DNA from: an uncultured Acidobacteriota bacterium
GTDB taxonomy: Bacteria; Acidobacteriota; Blastocatellia; RBC074
DNA length: 64,000 bases
Assembly: GCA_963796275.1 (NCBI GenBank)
Contig: CAWCKY010000004.1
Location: 288,001 to 352,000 of the forward strand
Reading direction: 5' to 3'
The position numbers were made by a program, and so were the translations under genes. Shown here one piece after another: positions 28,412 through 38,870 of the stretch (the first letter of the stretch is position 1; every line of letters starts with the position of its first letter). The notes below the pieces were generated by a model, which was not told where the DNA came from, did no database searches, and saw nothing but the letters and a program-made list of their open reading frames with translations.

Positions 28412-31400
28412 TTAGAACTTCAGTTTCAGCGCCAACTGAATCTGCCTCGGATTGAAGACCTCGCTCGGCGTGCCGAAAACGGCTACCGGAGGCATGTTCA
28501 GATTGCTGCTGCCATAGAAGGTGTTGAGGTTACGGATATTAACCCGGTTGAACAGATTGAAGAAATCGACGCTGAATTCGCTGCTCAATCTCTCCGTAAA
28601 TTTTACCGGTCGCGCGACCCGCGCATCGACCGAGGCAAAGCCTGGACCAATCAACGTGTTCCGCCCGAGTGCTCCCGGTCGGTCCGAGAACGGGTTGCCG
28701 TCAGCGTTGGCGTCGAATCCGGTGAAGACCGTGTAGGGTTTGCCGCTCTCTATCCCCACCAGCGAACTGAACCTGAAATCACGCAGAAACGGCACTCCCC
28801 TCGGCACCTGCTCCAGGAACGAGAGCGTGAACCGATGCGCCACATGCTGTCGTGCCAGCGCCCACTCGCTCACCCCGGGCGCTTCGGGAAAGTCCGTCAG
28901 GCTCGTCGGCGAATCGACACTTCCGTCTGACATCGTCTTCGAGAAGGTGTAGCTCCCGTGAACGCCAAACCCGAGACCGAATCGCTTCTCGAGCTCTAAT
29001 GTCCCGCTATGATAGGCAGAGTCACCCACGTTGGTGAGGAAGAAGGCATCGCCCAGTTCGGGGAAGGTTCGAGCCCCAAAGTATGGTTTGCCGGGCGCCG
29101 GCGGCGGTCCCATCAACATCGCAGGCACCGGCGTCACCACCGCATTCAGGTTGGGCGTGCGTCCCAGCAGCTTCGTTCCATGCACGTACAGATATCCGGC
29201 CGTCAGAGCCATGCCGCCCGGCAGTTCTTGCGACATCTGCAGGCTCGTCTGCGTGGTATACGGCGTGTCCAGGGTCCCGTCCAATGTATCATTGAGGGTT
29301 GGAATGCCAGCCGCCGGAGTCTGTCCCGTTGTTATGAAGTTGATCGCCGCCGTCGTCGCCAGCGGCGCGGGGAGGATCGTCTGGCTGTAGCGGCCGTTGA
29401 AATTGACCGCACCGGGGAACAATATCTGCGAATTCGGCAGATTGCCGCGGTTGTTATACTCGACCGTGTTGAATATCTGCCCGATGCTCGGTGCCAGCCG
29501 ATCGTTGAAGAGCCCGAATCCGGCCCGTATGACTCCCTTCTGGTTCCAATTGTAGGCCAGCCCGATTCGCGGCTGGACGTTGTTCATGTCGCGATTCACA
29601 ATATATTTCGAGGGATAGCCCTCGACGTCATATCGCACTCCGTATGTCAGGCTCAACTTCTGGGTCACCTTCCACTGATCCTGGAAGAAGCCTCCAATGA
29701 TGCTGTGATTGAGCCGGAAATTGTTGGCATCTCCGTAGGCGTTCGGGAACGCCTGCGTGAACGGCACAGGCACCTGATAACCGCCCGGCGAACTCAGCAG
29801 GGTCGGCCACCAGAAGATCACCGGGCCCTGGGTCGGATCCAGCGGCGACGTCGTCGGCGAGAAGCTCAACAACTGCTGCAGGTTGGGAAAGATGATCCGC
29901 GCCGGGAAGAACAGATTCCACACGCTCTGGTCGCGCAGATAGTTGTAATCGCCCCCGAACTTGAACTGATGCGCCCCTCGGGTATAGCTGAAGTTGTCCG
30001 TCACCTGTATGCGGTCTTCCTTATAAAAGTCCAGGTCGGCCGCGTTCCTGCCCGTCGACAGGAGGTTGGTCACCTCGAGCAGTGGATCGAAGACGGTGCT
30101 CGGAAAATTGAAAGTGCGCCTCGACAATTGCAACCGCGCCTCGTTCGACGCGCGCGGCGAGAGCGCTGAAATGAAAGTGCCTACCACTCCCTGGTCCTCG
30201 GTGTTGTTGTTGCGCGCACTCGTTGAATTGGAGCCGAGAGTTCCCGGCCCGAGAAAGTTGGTGGTATCCGCGGTCAGGTAGTTGTAGCGCAGCGAGAGCG
30301 CATTGTCCCCGATCACATGGTTGATCTTCCCCAGGAATTGATCGTAGTTGTTCGAGCGAATCTGATCGATCGTTTCCGGTGTCAGATTGAATCGAGCTTT
30401 TAATGCGTTGAGCGCCGCCAGGTTCTGCTGAGTCACCTGCGGGAAGCGGTTCGATTCGTCGCGCCGCTGGCCTTCATAGTTGACGAAATAGAAGGTGCTG
30501 TCTTTCCTGATCGGGCCGCCGAGGGTCGCTCCGTATTGGTGCTGCCGTAGCACGTCAGTGGTGGGAGTATTGAGAATCGATTGCGCGTTGAGCGCGTCAT
30601 TCAACCCAAAATAGTAGGCAGATCCGTTCACATTATTACCGCCGGAGCGGGTGATGATGTTGACGAAGCCTCCCATGGCTCGCCCGTATTCGGCCAGGTA
30701 GGTTGAATTGAGTATACGAAACTCGCTGGCCGCCTCCTGCGACGGCGTGGCGCGCGGCGTCCCGGTGAAGGTCTGTACGCTATCGGCTCCGTCCACCTGG
30801 ATCAGGGTGTAGAGTTCCAGCTGGCCTCCGAATGAGAGGCGGGGCGCCGCGACTGCTCCGACGCCGACATCCGGCTCCTTGAACACTCCGGGGGTATTGT
30901 TTTCACGTCCCTGAGTGACGTTACTTGAGAGTTTGACGAAGTCGACGAAGTTGCGCCCGATGTTGGGCAGCCCTTGAATCTCGTCTTCAGCGACGATGCG
31001 GCTCATGTCGACCTTGTTGGACTCCGTATATGGATTCTTCACATCGATGTTCACCGTGTCTGAGATCCCGCCCACATCCATCTTCACATCTCTGGTGGTC
31101 GAGCCGCCGACGTAAAGTATCAGATTTCTCTGAATGAGCAGCTTAAAGCCGGCTGCCTGGAACTCTATCTCATAGCTGCCCGGCTCCAGAAAGGCGAATA
31201 CATACCGCCCATCACTGTCGGTCGTGACCTGACGCGCCTTGCCGGTAGCGTTGTTCTTGACGGTGACGGTCGCCTCCTTTATTACCTCCCCTTGCTCATT
31301 GCGAACAACTCCCGAGAGCGTAGCTGTGGGAGTCTGTCCGAAGCCGATGGCGCACGCCATCAGCAGCAAGAGCAATACGGCTGATTTCGAGACAAGAATG

Positions 31401-31420
31401 CTAATTTTCTGCTTGGTCAT
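28412..31420 (-). CDS. TonB-dependent transporter, unit 2 gene A
   Basis: A-type N-terminus MTKQKIS; ends QLALKLKF. Confidence 0.93.
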   Translation of the reverse strand: MTKQKISILVSKSAVLLLLLMACAIGFGQTPTATLSGVVRNEQGEVIKEATVTVKNNATGKARQVTTDSDGRYVFAFLEPGSYEIEFQAAGFKLLIQRNLILYVGGSTTRDVKMDVGGISDTVNIDVKNPYTESNKVDMSRIVAEDEIQGLPNIGRNFVDFVKLSSNVTQGRENNTPGVFKEPDVGVGAVAAPRLSFGGQLELYTLIQVDGADSVQTFTGTPRATPSQEAASEFRILNSTYLAEYGRAMGGFVNIITRSGGNNVNGSAYYFGLNDALNAQSILNTPTTDVLRQHQYGATLGGPIRKDSTFYFVNYEGQRRDESNRFPQVTQQNLAALNALKARFNLTPETIDQIRSNNYDQFLGKINHVIGDNALSLRYNYLTADTTNFLGPGTLGSNSTSARNNNTEDQGVVGTFISALSPRASNEARLQLSRRTFNFPSTVFDPLLEVTNLLSTGRNAADLDFYKEDRIQVTDNFSYTRGAHQFKFGGDYNYLRDQSVWNLFFPARIIFPNLQQLLSFSPTTSPLDPTQGPVIFWWPTLLSSPGGYQVPVPFTQAFPNAYGDANNFRLNHSIIGGFFQDQWKVTQKLSLTYGVRYDVEGYPSKYIVNRDMNNVQPRIGLAYNWNQKGVIRAGFGLFNDRLAPSIGQIFNTVEYNNRGNLPNSQILFPGAVNFNGRYSQTILPAPLATTAAINFITTGQTPAAGIPTLNDTLDGTLDTPYTTQTSLQMSQELPGGMALTAGYLYVHGTKLLGRTPNLNAVVTPVPAMLMGPPPAPGKPYFGARTFPELGDAFFLTNVGDSAYHSGTLELEKRFGLGFGVHGSYTFSKTMSDGSVDSPTSLTDFPEAPGVSEWALARQHVAHRFTLSFLEQVPRGVPFLRDFRFSSLVGIESGKPYTVFTGFDANADGNPFSDRPGALGRNTLIGPGFASVDARVARPVKFTERLSSEFSVDFFNLFNRVNIRNLNTFYGSSNLNMPPVAVFGTPSEVFNPRQIQLALKLKF

Positions 31421-31454
31421 ATTGATCAGCTCCTAATGTTCACTTAATGTTGAT

Positions 31455-32402
31455 TCAGGGGCGACTTCTAAAATTGAAATTAAGGATTCCCTGCACCTTG
31501 ATCGGGGCGCCGTTGAGCGTGGTCGGTTTGAAGACCCATTTTAAGGCCGCAGCAACCGCCGCGGAGCGGAGAGCCTCGTGACCGCTAATAGCCTTCGCAT
31601 CAATGACGCGTCCCGATTCCGAGATCGTTACCTGCACCCTTACCGTTCCGTAAGCGCCCATCATCCTGGCAGTCGGCGGGTAGGCCGCTTCTACTCTGGA
31701 GATGGCATTTCCGAGCAACACATTGTCAACTACCTGTTGTATACCTTGGGGCTGGCTCGGCGGAGAAGAACTTTGAAACTGGCCGGGGGGCGGCGGCACT
31801 TCTTCCGGCGGCGATAAGGGCTGTTGCCCATCCAGGTTGGCCGTCAGAACGTCATTATCCATAGGTAAAAGCGATTGAGGTTTCACCTGGGGCGGCAGAT
31901 TGATACGTAGCTCATTGGCGTCGATGTCGGGGAGTGTGACCGCCCTATTCCGCACATATTCTTCCTTCCGACCGGAGAGCAGCATTGGTAGATCGCTCAA
32001 TCGTTTGGCCGAATAGAGCTGTTCGTCATACTCCACAACTCCGAAATTGTATGTAACTCTGCCTGTGAGACCTTTTTTGAAAGATCCAACCGAGAATGTG
32101 ATCACTACCTTGTGCCCGTCCGGTAACGTCGCATTGCCTTCCAGACAAGCCGGCAAGTCCGGCCCTTCATTACCGGTCGCCGTAGTCGCCTCTCCGCATT
32201 CCGCCAATTGCCAAATTACACCTGCGCGCGGGCCAACAAGTTGGTTGAACCAGATGGGTAGAGAAACATTCGGCAATCCAGGATCCAGATCGGATGCAGG
32301 TGTGCGTTGTACTAATGCTAACGCCTGCTTTTCCAGCGAGTCCGTTTGCAACAACGTACTAACCAATAGGCACAACACAATAGCGATCGCTGAGACCTTC
32401 AT
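31455..32402 (-). CDS. tonB: TonB-family energy transducer (unit 2)
   Basis: Close paralog of 23161-24111. Confidence 0.88.
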   Translation of the reverse strand: MKVSAIAIVLCLLVSTLLQTDSLEKQALALVQRTPASDLDPGLPNVSLPIWFNQLVGPRAGVIWQLAECGEATTATGNEGPDLPACLEGNATLPDGHKVVITFSVGSFKKGLTGRVTYNFGVVEYDEQLYSAKRLSDLPMLLSGRKEEYVRNRAVTLPDIDANELRINLPPQVKPQSLLPMDNDVLTANLDGQQPLSPPEEVPPPPGQFQSSSPPSQPQGIQQVVDNVLLGNAISRVEAAYPPTARMMGAYGTVRVQVTISESGRVIDAKAISGHEALRSAAVAAALKWVFKPTTLNGAPIKVQGILNFNFRSRP

Positions 32403-33200
32403 ATCCCTCCTGGTACTCTTACAGCGAACACTCCCAGTTGATAACGGCGCGGAAAGCCCTTTATGAGCTCATGAATACCTAAGAATGGGGCAGTGAGAGA
32501 GCTGCAGCGTGACTGCAGCTTATATGTGCAAAAATTTACATACACAGCCATACCACTCCAGTTGCGACTAGGCCGACTACTATCCATTATCTAGGAAGAG
32601 GGAGTAGGACATTTACCCGGCAATTACCAAATATTTTGTTAACTGTTAAGGAAAATTGTCCCGTAAGTATCGGTTTAGGAAATGAGGCATCCGCTAACAA
32701 TACACCGGACGACTCGTTTCTAAGAGCGTGGTTTCAAGATGCTTCGGCTGGTACTGAATAGCAAGGTATGAACGAACAACTCTACTCTACGCGAACGATC
32801 AGCCCATAAGGTCTGGACCGTCCATTCATGCCGGGGCTTTTTTGGGGTGCGTTACTTGCGTCTGCGTAATCGGATCGATTTATAGATCGTCAAACGCAGC
32901 GATGCGGAAAAAGGATTCGTTGTTCTGCTCGCCGTTGGAAAGTTGAGCGAACTTTCGTCCGGGCTCAGTTTTTTGTCGTCGATTAAGCGTTAATTAAGCG
33001 ACGACGAAGAGTACCTGCCGATAACGAGCGAAACTCTTATTTACATTTCAATGATCGGACCGAAGCTTGCTCGGATAGCATAAATATGTTAAACACGCTT
33101 TAACCGAAATATGTCCGCAAAGCCTTAGTTAAGTTACTACAATGTGAGCGGTTTCCAATGTGCGAATGACATCTCGTGCGAATGACTTCTTAAGCACGTA
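32403..33200 (-). ncRNA. Candidate large structured RNA / 5' leader, copy 2
   Basis: Aligns end to end with 24112-24887 and carries the G-C version of the long-range helix. Confidence 0.6.
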
Positions 33201-33206
33201 ACGCCA

Positions 33207-33235
33207 ACAGTACCCGTTTCGTCATGTTCTGTCAA
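33207..33235 (-). promoter_or_regulatory. Sigma70-type promoter (unit 2)
   Basis: TTGACA-17-TACTGT. Confidence 0.75.
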
Positions 33236-33433
33236 CAAAAAACCCGTCCGAGGTCCGTTCACTGCAAGTGCATTATCGCAAACCAACCCCGCGTTAATCT
33301 TAACTGGGTCTTCCTCTATTTGCAGGTTATCGTGCGTCTGATGGTTAAACAGAGAGCGGGACGATCATCCAATATGACTATAACATCCGAGTAACTGCGG
33401 TTGCGCCGAGAATGATTCGTACGAAGCTATCTC

Positions 33434-33820
33434 TGGTATAGCTGAAGCTGTTTGTCACCTGCATGCGGTCTTCCTGATAGTAGTCCACGTCGACCGCGTT
33501 ATTGCCCGTCGTCAAGAGATTGCTCACATCGAGCAGGGGCTCGAAACTGGTGGGCGGAAAACCGAAACTGGCCTCGACAATTGCAACCGCGCCTCGTTCG
33601 AGGCCCGCGGCGTGAGCGCTGAAATGAAAGTGCCTACAATCGCCTGGTCGTCAGTGTTGTTGTTGCGTGCGTTCGTTGAAGTGGAGCCCAGACTTCCGGG
33701 GCCGAGAAAGTTCGTGGTATCCGCGGTAGGTAGCTGTAGCGCAGCGAGAGCGCATTGTCCCCGATCACATGGTTGACCTTCCCATGAATTGATCGTAGTT
33801 GTTCGGAACGAATCTGATTG
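33434..33820 (-). pseudogene. Internal fragment of a TBDT gene (relic of unit 3 gene B)
   Basis: Nearly identical to ~35518-35905 of gene A3 but with at least three single-base indels. It sits at the position gene B occupies in units 1 and 2. Confidence 0.85.
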
Positions 33821-33935
33821 AAACGAAACCGGCGGAGGATTGGACCTCTCGCCGGTGATGAGAGAATCGATCAATACCGCGAGCAGCGAGCGAGTCTCCA
33901 CCAATCGATCATCGATAAAGACTCGCTCGTTGTGT
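33821..33935 (-). terminator. Inter-TBDT module: REP-like repeat plus terminator-like hairpin (unit 3)
   Basis: Same hairpin (33828-33856) and GCGAGCGAGTC...GACTCGCTCGT inverted repeat. Confidence 0.6.
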
Positions 33936-33945
33936 TGAGTATGTT

Positions 33946-36900
33946 TCAGAACTTCAGTTTCATAGCAAACTGAATCTGCCTCGGGTTGTAGACTTCACTC
34001 GGCGTACCGAAGCCGGGGACCGGAGCTTGGCTTGGATCGGTGTTACCGAAGAACGTGTTGATGTTCCGGACATTAACCCGATTGAACAGATTGAAGAAAT
34101 CGACGCTGAATTCGCTGTTCAATCTTTCTGTGAATTTGATCGGGCGCGCGACACGCATATCGACCGAGGCAAAGCCTGGCCCCATCAACGTATTGCGCCC
34201 GAGGAATCCCGGACGGTCCGAGAGCGGGTTGCCGTCAGCGTTTGCGTCGAATCCGGTGAAGACCGTGAAAGCTCTCCCGCTCTCGATCCCCACCAGCGAA
34301 CTGAACCTGAAATCCCTCAGCAAGGGCACGCTTCTCGGCACCTGCTCCAGGAACGAGAGCGTGAACCGATGCGCCACATGCTGGCGTGACAGCGCCCACT
34401 CGGTCACCCCAGGCGCTTCGGGAAAGTCCGGCAGGCTCGTCGGCGAATCGACCCCACCATCTGACATTGTCTTCGAGAAGGTATAGCTCCCATGAATCCC
34501 AAATCCCACTCCGAATCGCCTCTCGATCTCTAAGGTCCCCCCATGATAGACCGAGTCTCCCTGGTTGGTGAGGAAGGTGATGTCGCCCAGTTCCATGAAG
34601 GTCCGCGCCCCGAAGCATGGTTTGCCGGGCACCGGCGGCGGCGTCCCCATCATCCCACACAAAGACGCCGGCGTCGCCACCGCATTCAAGTTGGGCGTGC
34701 GTCCCACCAGCTGCACCCCATGCACGTACAGATAGCCGGCCGTCAGCGCCACGCCGCCCGGGAGTTCTTGCGACATCTGCAGGCTCGTCTGCGTGCTGTA
34801 CGGCGTGCTCAGGTTCGCGTCCAAAGTATCATTGAGCGTCGGTATCCCCGCCGCCGGTACCTGCCCGGTCGCCAGGAAGTTGATCGCCGCTCCCGTCGCC
34901 GCAGGCCCGGGCAAGATCGTCTGAACGAAACGGCCGCCGAAAGTGGCCACACCGGGGAACAGTACCGACGCATTCGGCATATTGCCGCGGTTTTGATATT
35001 CGACCGAGTTGAAGACCTGCCCGACGCTCTGCGCCAGCCGATCGTTGAAGATCCCGAAGCCGGCCCGCACCACCCCCTTCGGGTTCCAGTTGTAGGCCAG
35101 CCCGATTCGTGGCTGGACATTGTTCATATCACGATTCTGAACATAGCGTGAGGGATAACCCTCGACGTCATAGCGCATCCCCAGGTTCAAGCTCAACTTC
35201 GGGGTCACCTTCCACTGATCCTGGACGAACCCTCCGATGATGCTGTGATTGAGCCTGAAATTGGTCGTGTTTGCGTAGGCGTCCGGCAGGGTCTGCGTAA
35301 ACGGCACGGGCACCTGATATGCTACCGGCGCATTTACAAAAGTCGGCCACCAGAAGACTACCGGCCCCGTGGTCGGACTCGGCGCCGTCGTCGGCGTGAA
35401 GTTCAACAACTGCTGCAGGTTGGGAAAGATGATCCGCGCCGGGAAGAAGAGATTCCACACGCTTCGATCGCGCATATAGTTGTAATCCCCTCCGAACTTG
35501 AACTGATGGGCACCTCGGGTATAGCTGAAGTTGTCCGTCACCTGTATGCGGTCTTCCTGATAGTAGTCCACGTCGACCGCGTTATTGCCCGTCGTCAAGA
35601 GATTGCTCACATCGAGCAAGGGCTCGAAACTGGTGGGCGGAAAACCGAAACTGCGCCTCGACAATTGCAACCGCGCCTCGTTCGAGGCCCGCGGCGTGAG
35701 CGCTGAAATGAAAGTGCCTACAATCGCCTGGTCGTCAGTGTTGTTGTTGCGCGCGTTCGTTGAAGTGGAGCCCAGACTTCCTGGGCCGAGAAAGTTGGTG
35801 GTATCCGCGGTCAGGTAATTGTAGCGCAGCGAGAGCGCATTGTCCCCGATCACATGGTCTACCTTCCCCAGGAATTGATCGTAGTTGTTCGAACGAATCT
35901 GATTGATAGTTTCCGGCGCCAGGTTGAATCGGGCCTTGAAGGCGTTGAGCCCCGCCAGGTTCTGCTGGACCACCTGCGGGAAGCGGTTCGATTCGTCGCG
36001 CCGCTGGCCTTCATAGTTGGCGAAGTAGAAGGTGCTGTCTTTCTTGATCGGGCCGCCGAGAGTCGCTCCGTATTGGTGCTGCCGCAGCACGTTGGTATCG
36101 GGAGTATTGAGAATCGATTGTGCGTTGAGCGCGTCGTTGATGCCGAAATAGTAGACCGATCCGTTCACACTGTTACCGCCCGAGCGCGTAATGATATTGA
36201 CGAAGCCTCCCGAGGCTCGCCCGTATTCGGCCAGATAGGTTGAATTGAGTACGCGAAACTCGCCGGCCGCCTCCTGCGAAGGCGTCGCGCGCGGCGTCCC
36301 GGTGTAGGTCTGTATGTTATCGGCTCCGTCCACCTGGATCAAGGTGGCGAGTTCTATCTGGCCCCCGAATGACAGGCGCGGCGCCGCGACCGCTCCGACG
36401 CCGACATCCGGCTCTTTGAACGCGCCGGGGGTGCTGTTCTCACGTCCCATCGCGACGCCGCTCGAGAGTTTGACGAAGTCCACGAAGTTGCGCCCGATGT
36501 TGGGCAGCCCTTGAATCTCGTCCTCAGAGACCATGCGGCTCATATCTGCCTTGTTGGACTCCAAATATGGATTCTTCACATCGATGTCCACTTTGTCGGA
36601 GATTCCGCCCACTTCCATCTGCACATCTTTGTTGGTCGTGCCGCCGACGTACAGTATAAGATTTCTCTGAATCAGCAGCTTAAAGCCGGCCGCCTGGACC
36701 TGCAACTCATAGTTGCCCGGCTCCACAAAGGCGAACACATACCGCCCATCATTGTCGCTCGTGACCTGACGCGATTTGCCGGTCACGTTGTTTTTGACGG
36801 TGACGGTCGCCTCCTTTATTACCTCCCCTTGCTCATTGCGAACAACTCCCGAGAGCGTAGCTGTCGGAGTCTGTCCGTAGCCGACGGCGACCGCCATCAG

Positions 36901-36972
36901 CAGCAAGAGCAATACGGCTGATTTCGAGACAAGAACGCTAATTTTCTGCTTGGTCATATTGATCAGCTCCAA
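33946..36972 (-). CDS. TonB-dependent transporter, unit 3 gene A
   Basis: A-type N-terminus; ends QFAMKLKF. Confidence 0.93.
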   Translation of the reverse strand: MELINMTKQKISVLVSKSAVLLLLLMAVAVGYGQTPTATLSGVVRNEQGEVIKEATVTVKNNVTGKSRQVTSDNDGRYVFAFVEPGNYELQVQAAGFKLLIQRNLILYVGGTTNKDVQMEVGGISDKVDIDVKNPYLESNKADMSRMVSEDEIQGLPNIGRNFVDFVKLSSGVAMGRENSTPGAFKEPDVGVGAVAAPRLSFGGQIELATLIQVDGADNIQTYTGTPRATPSQEAAGEFRVLNSTYLAEYGRASGGFVNIITRSGGNSVNGSVYYFGINDALNAQSILNTPDTNVLRQHQYGATLGGPIKKDSTFYFANYEGQRRDESNRFPQVVQQNLAGLNAFKARFNLAPETINQIRSNNYDQFLGKVDHVIGDNALSLRYNYLTADTTNFLGPGSLGSTSTNARNNNTDDQAIVGTFISALTPRASNEARLQLSRRSFGFPPTSFEPLLDVSNLLTTGNNAVDVDYYQEDRIQVTDNFSYTRGAHQFKFGGDYNYMRDRSVWNLFFPARIIFPNLQQLLNFTPTTAPSPTTGPVVFWWPTFVNAPVAYQVPVPFTQTLPDAYANTTNFRLNHSIIGGFVQDQWKVTPKLSLNLGMRYDVEGYPSRYVQNRDMNNVQPRIGLAYNWNPKGVVRAGFGIFNDRLAQSVGQVFNSVEYQNRGNMPNASVLFPGVATFGGRFVQTILPGPAATGAAINFLATGQVPAAGIPTLNDTLDANLSTPYSTQTSLQMSQELPGGVALTAGYLYVHGVQLVGRTPNLNAVATPASLCGMMGTPPPVPGKPCFGARTFMELGDITFLTNQGDSVYHGGTLEIERRFGVGFGIHGSYTFSKTMSDGGVDSPTSLPDFPEAPGVTEWALSRQHVAHRFTLSFLEQVPRSVPLLRDFRFSSLVGIESGRAFTVFTGFDANADGNPLSDRPGFLGRNTLMGPGFASVDMRVARPIKFTERLNSEFSVDFFNLFNRVNVRNINTFFGNTDPSQAPVPGFGTPSEVYNPRQIQFAMKLKF

Positions 36973-37005
36973 ATGTTCACTTAATGTTGATTCTAGGGGC
37001 GACTT

Positions 37006-37962
37006 CTAAAGACGTCTAAAATTGAAATTCAGGATGCCCTGCACCTTGATCGGCGCGCCGTTGAGCGTGGTCGGTCTGAAGACCCATTTTAATGCCGCAT
37101 CAACCGCCGCGGAGCGGAGAGCCTCGTGACCGCTAATGGCCTTGGCATCAATGACGCGTCCCGATTCCGAGATGGTTACCTGCACCCTTACCGTTCCGAA
37201 AGCCCTCATTATCTTGGCAGTCGGCGGGTAGGCCGCTTCTACTCTGGTGAGGGCATTTCCGAGCAACACATTGTCAACTACCTGTTGTATACCTTGGGGC
37301 TGGCTCGGCGGAGAAGAACGCGGAGAAGAACTCTGAAGCCGGCTGGGGGGCGGCGGCACTTCTTCCGGCGGCGATAAGGGCTGTTGCCCATCCAGGTTGG
37401 CCGTCAGAACGTCATTATTCATAGATAAAAGCGATTGAGGTTTCACCTGGGGCGGCAATTCGATACGTGGCTCATTGGCGTCGATGCTGGGGAGTGTGAC
37501 CGGCCTATTCCGCACATATTCCTCCATCCGACCGGAGAGCAGCATTGGTAGATCGCTCAATCGTTTGGCCGAATAGAGCTGTTCGTCATACTCGACAACT
37601 CCGAAATTGTAAGCAACTCTGCCTGTGAGACCTTTTTTGAAATATCCAACCGAGAATTTGATCACTACCTTGTGCCCATCCGGTAACGTCGCATTGCCTT
37701 CCAGACAAGCAGGCAGGTCCGGCCCTTCATTACTGGGCGCCGTAATTACCTCTCCGCATTCTGACAATTGCCAAATTACACCTGCGCGCGGGCCAACAAG
37801 TTGGTTGAACCAGAGGGGCAGAGAAACGTTCGGCAATCCAGGATCCAGATCAGAAGCAGGTGTGCGTTGTACTAAAGCTAACGCCTGCTTTTCCAGCGAT
37901 TCCGTTTGTAACGACGTACTAACCCACAGGCACAACACAATAGCGATCGCTGAGACCTTCAT
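37006..37962 (-). CDS. tonB: TonB-family energy transducer (unit 3)
   Basis: Close paralog of the other two. The C-terminus is altered to FRRL. Confidence 0.88.
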   Translation of the reverse strand: MKVSAIAIVLCLWVSTSLQTESLEKQALALVQRTPASDLDPGLPNVSLPLWFNQLVGPRAGVIWQLSECGEVITAPSNEGPDLPACLEGNATLPDGHKVVIKFSVGYFKKGLTGRVAYNFGVVEYDEQLYSAKRLSDLPMLLSGRMEEYVRNRPVTLPSIDANEPRIELPPQVKPQSLLSMNNDVLTANLDGQQPLSPPEEVPPPPSRLQSSSPRSSPPSQPQGIQQVVDNVLLGNALTRVEAAYPPTAKIMRAFGTVRVQVTISESGRVIDAKAISGHEALRSAAVDAALKWVFRPTTLNGAPIKVQGILNFNFRRL

Positions 37963-38835
37963 ATCCCTCCTGGTACTCTTACAGCGAACACTCCCAGTTG
38001 ATAACGGCGCGGAAGCCCTTTATGAGCTCATGAATACCTAAGAATGGGGCAGTGAGAGAGCTGCAGCAGCGTGACCGCAGCTTAGATGTGCAAAAATATA
38101 TATACACAGCTAGCCACTCCAGTCGAGACTAGGCCGACTACTATCCATTATCTAGGAAGAGGGAGTAGGACATTTACCCGGCAATTACCAAATATGTATG
38201 TCTAGGAAGAGAGAGTAGGACATTTAGCCGGTAATTACCAAATATGTATCTAGGAATAGGGAGTAGGACATTTACCCGGCAATAACCAATATGTTGTTAA
38301 ATGTTATGGAAATTGTCCCGTAAGTATCGGTTTAGGAAACGAGGCATCCACTAACGATACACCGGACGACTCGTTTTCTAAGAACGTGTTTTTTAAGAGG
38401 CTTCAGCCGTTACTGATTGCAGGATGCGGACGAACAACTCTACCCGAACGATCAGCCCATTAGGTTTGGACCGATCCATTCATGCCGGGGCTTTATTGGG
38501 GTGCGTTACTTGCGTCTGCGTAATCAAATCGATTTAGAGATCGTTACACGCAGCGATGTGGAAAAAGGGCTCGTTGTTCTGCTCGCCGTTGGAAAGTTGA
38601 GCGAACTTTCGTCCGGGCTCAGTTTTTTGTCGTCGATTAAGCGTTAATTAAGCGACGACGAAGAGTACCTGCCGATAACGAGCGAAACTCTTATTTACAT
38701 TTCAATGATCGGACCGATGCTTGCTCGGGTAGCATGATGTGTTAAACATGCTTAACCGAATTTTGTCTGCAAAGCTTAGTTAAATTACTACTATGTAAGC
38801 GTTTTTCAATGTGCGAATGACTTCTTAAGCAGGTA
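37963..38835 (-). ncRNA. Candidate large structured RNA / 5' leader, copy 3
   Basis: Aligns with copies 1 and 2 and contains an internal 3x ~49-bp expansion. Confidence 0.6.
38151..38294. repeat. Tandem triplication of a ~49-bp unit
   Basis: TCTAGGAAGAGGGAGTAGGACATTTACCCGGCAATTACCAAATATGT-like units start at 38151, 38201 and 38249. The unit is single-copy in leaders 1 and 2. Confidence 0.9.
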
Positions 38836-38841
38836 ATGCGA

Positions 38842-38870
38842 ACAGTACCCGTTTCGTCATGCTCTGTCAA
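38842..38870 (-). promoter_or_regulatory. Sigma70-type promoter (unit 3)
   Basis: TTGACA-17-TACTGT. Homology to units 1 and 2 ends about 9 bp upstream. Confidence 0.75.

Noticed and set aside
33524-33904. 126-aa ORF
   Set aside because: It is a chimera of terminator sequence and the frameshifted B3 relic.
17014-36921. Recurrent plus-strand ORFs repeated in each TBDT (e.g. 17014-17445, 29009-30169)
   Set aside because: They are antisense shadows that recur only because the host genes are duplicated.
16905-36972. Diversity-generating retroelement or invertase shufflon driving TBDT variation
   Set aside because: No reverse transcriptase or recombinase is present, all copies are in direct orientation, and differences are not adenine-specific.
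38151-38294. CRISPR array
   Set aside because: The repeats are contiguous with no unique spacers, and there are no cas genes in the window.
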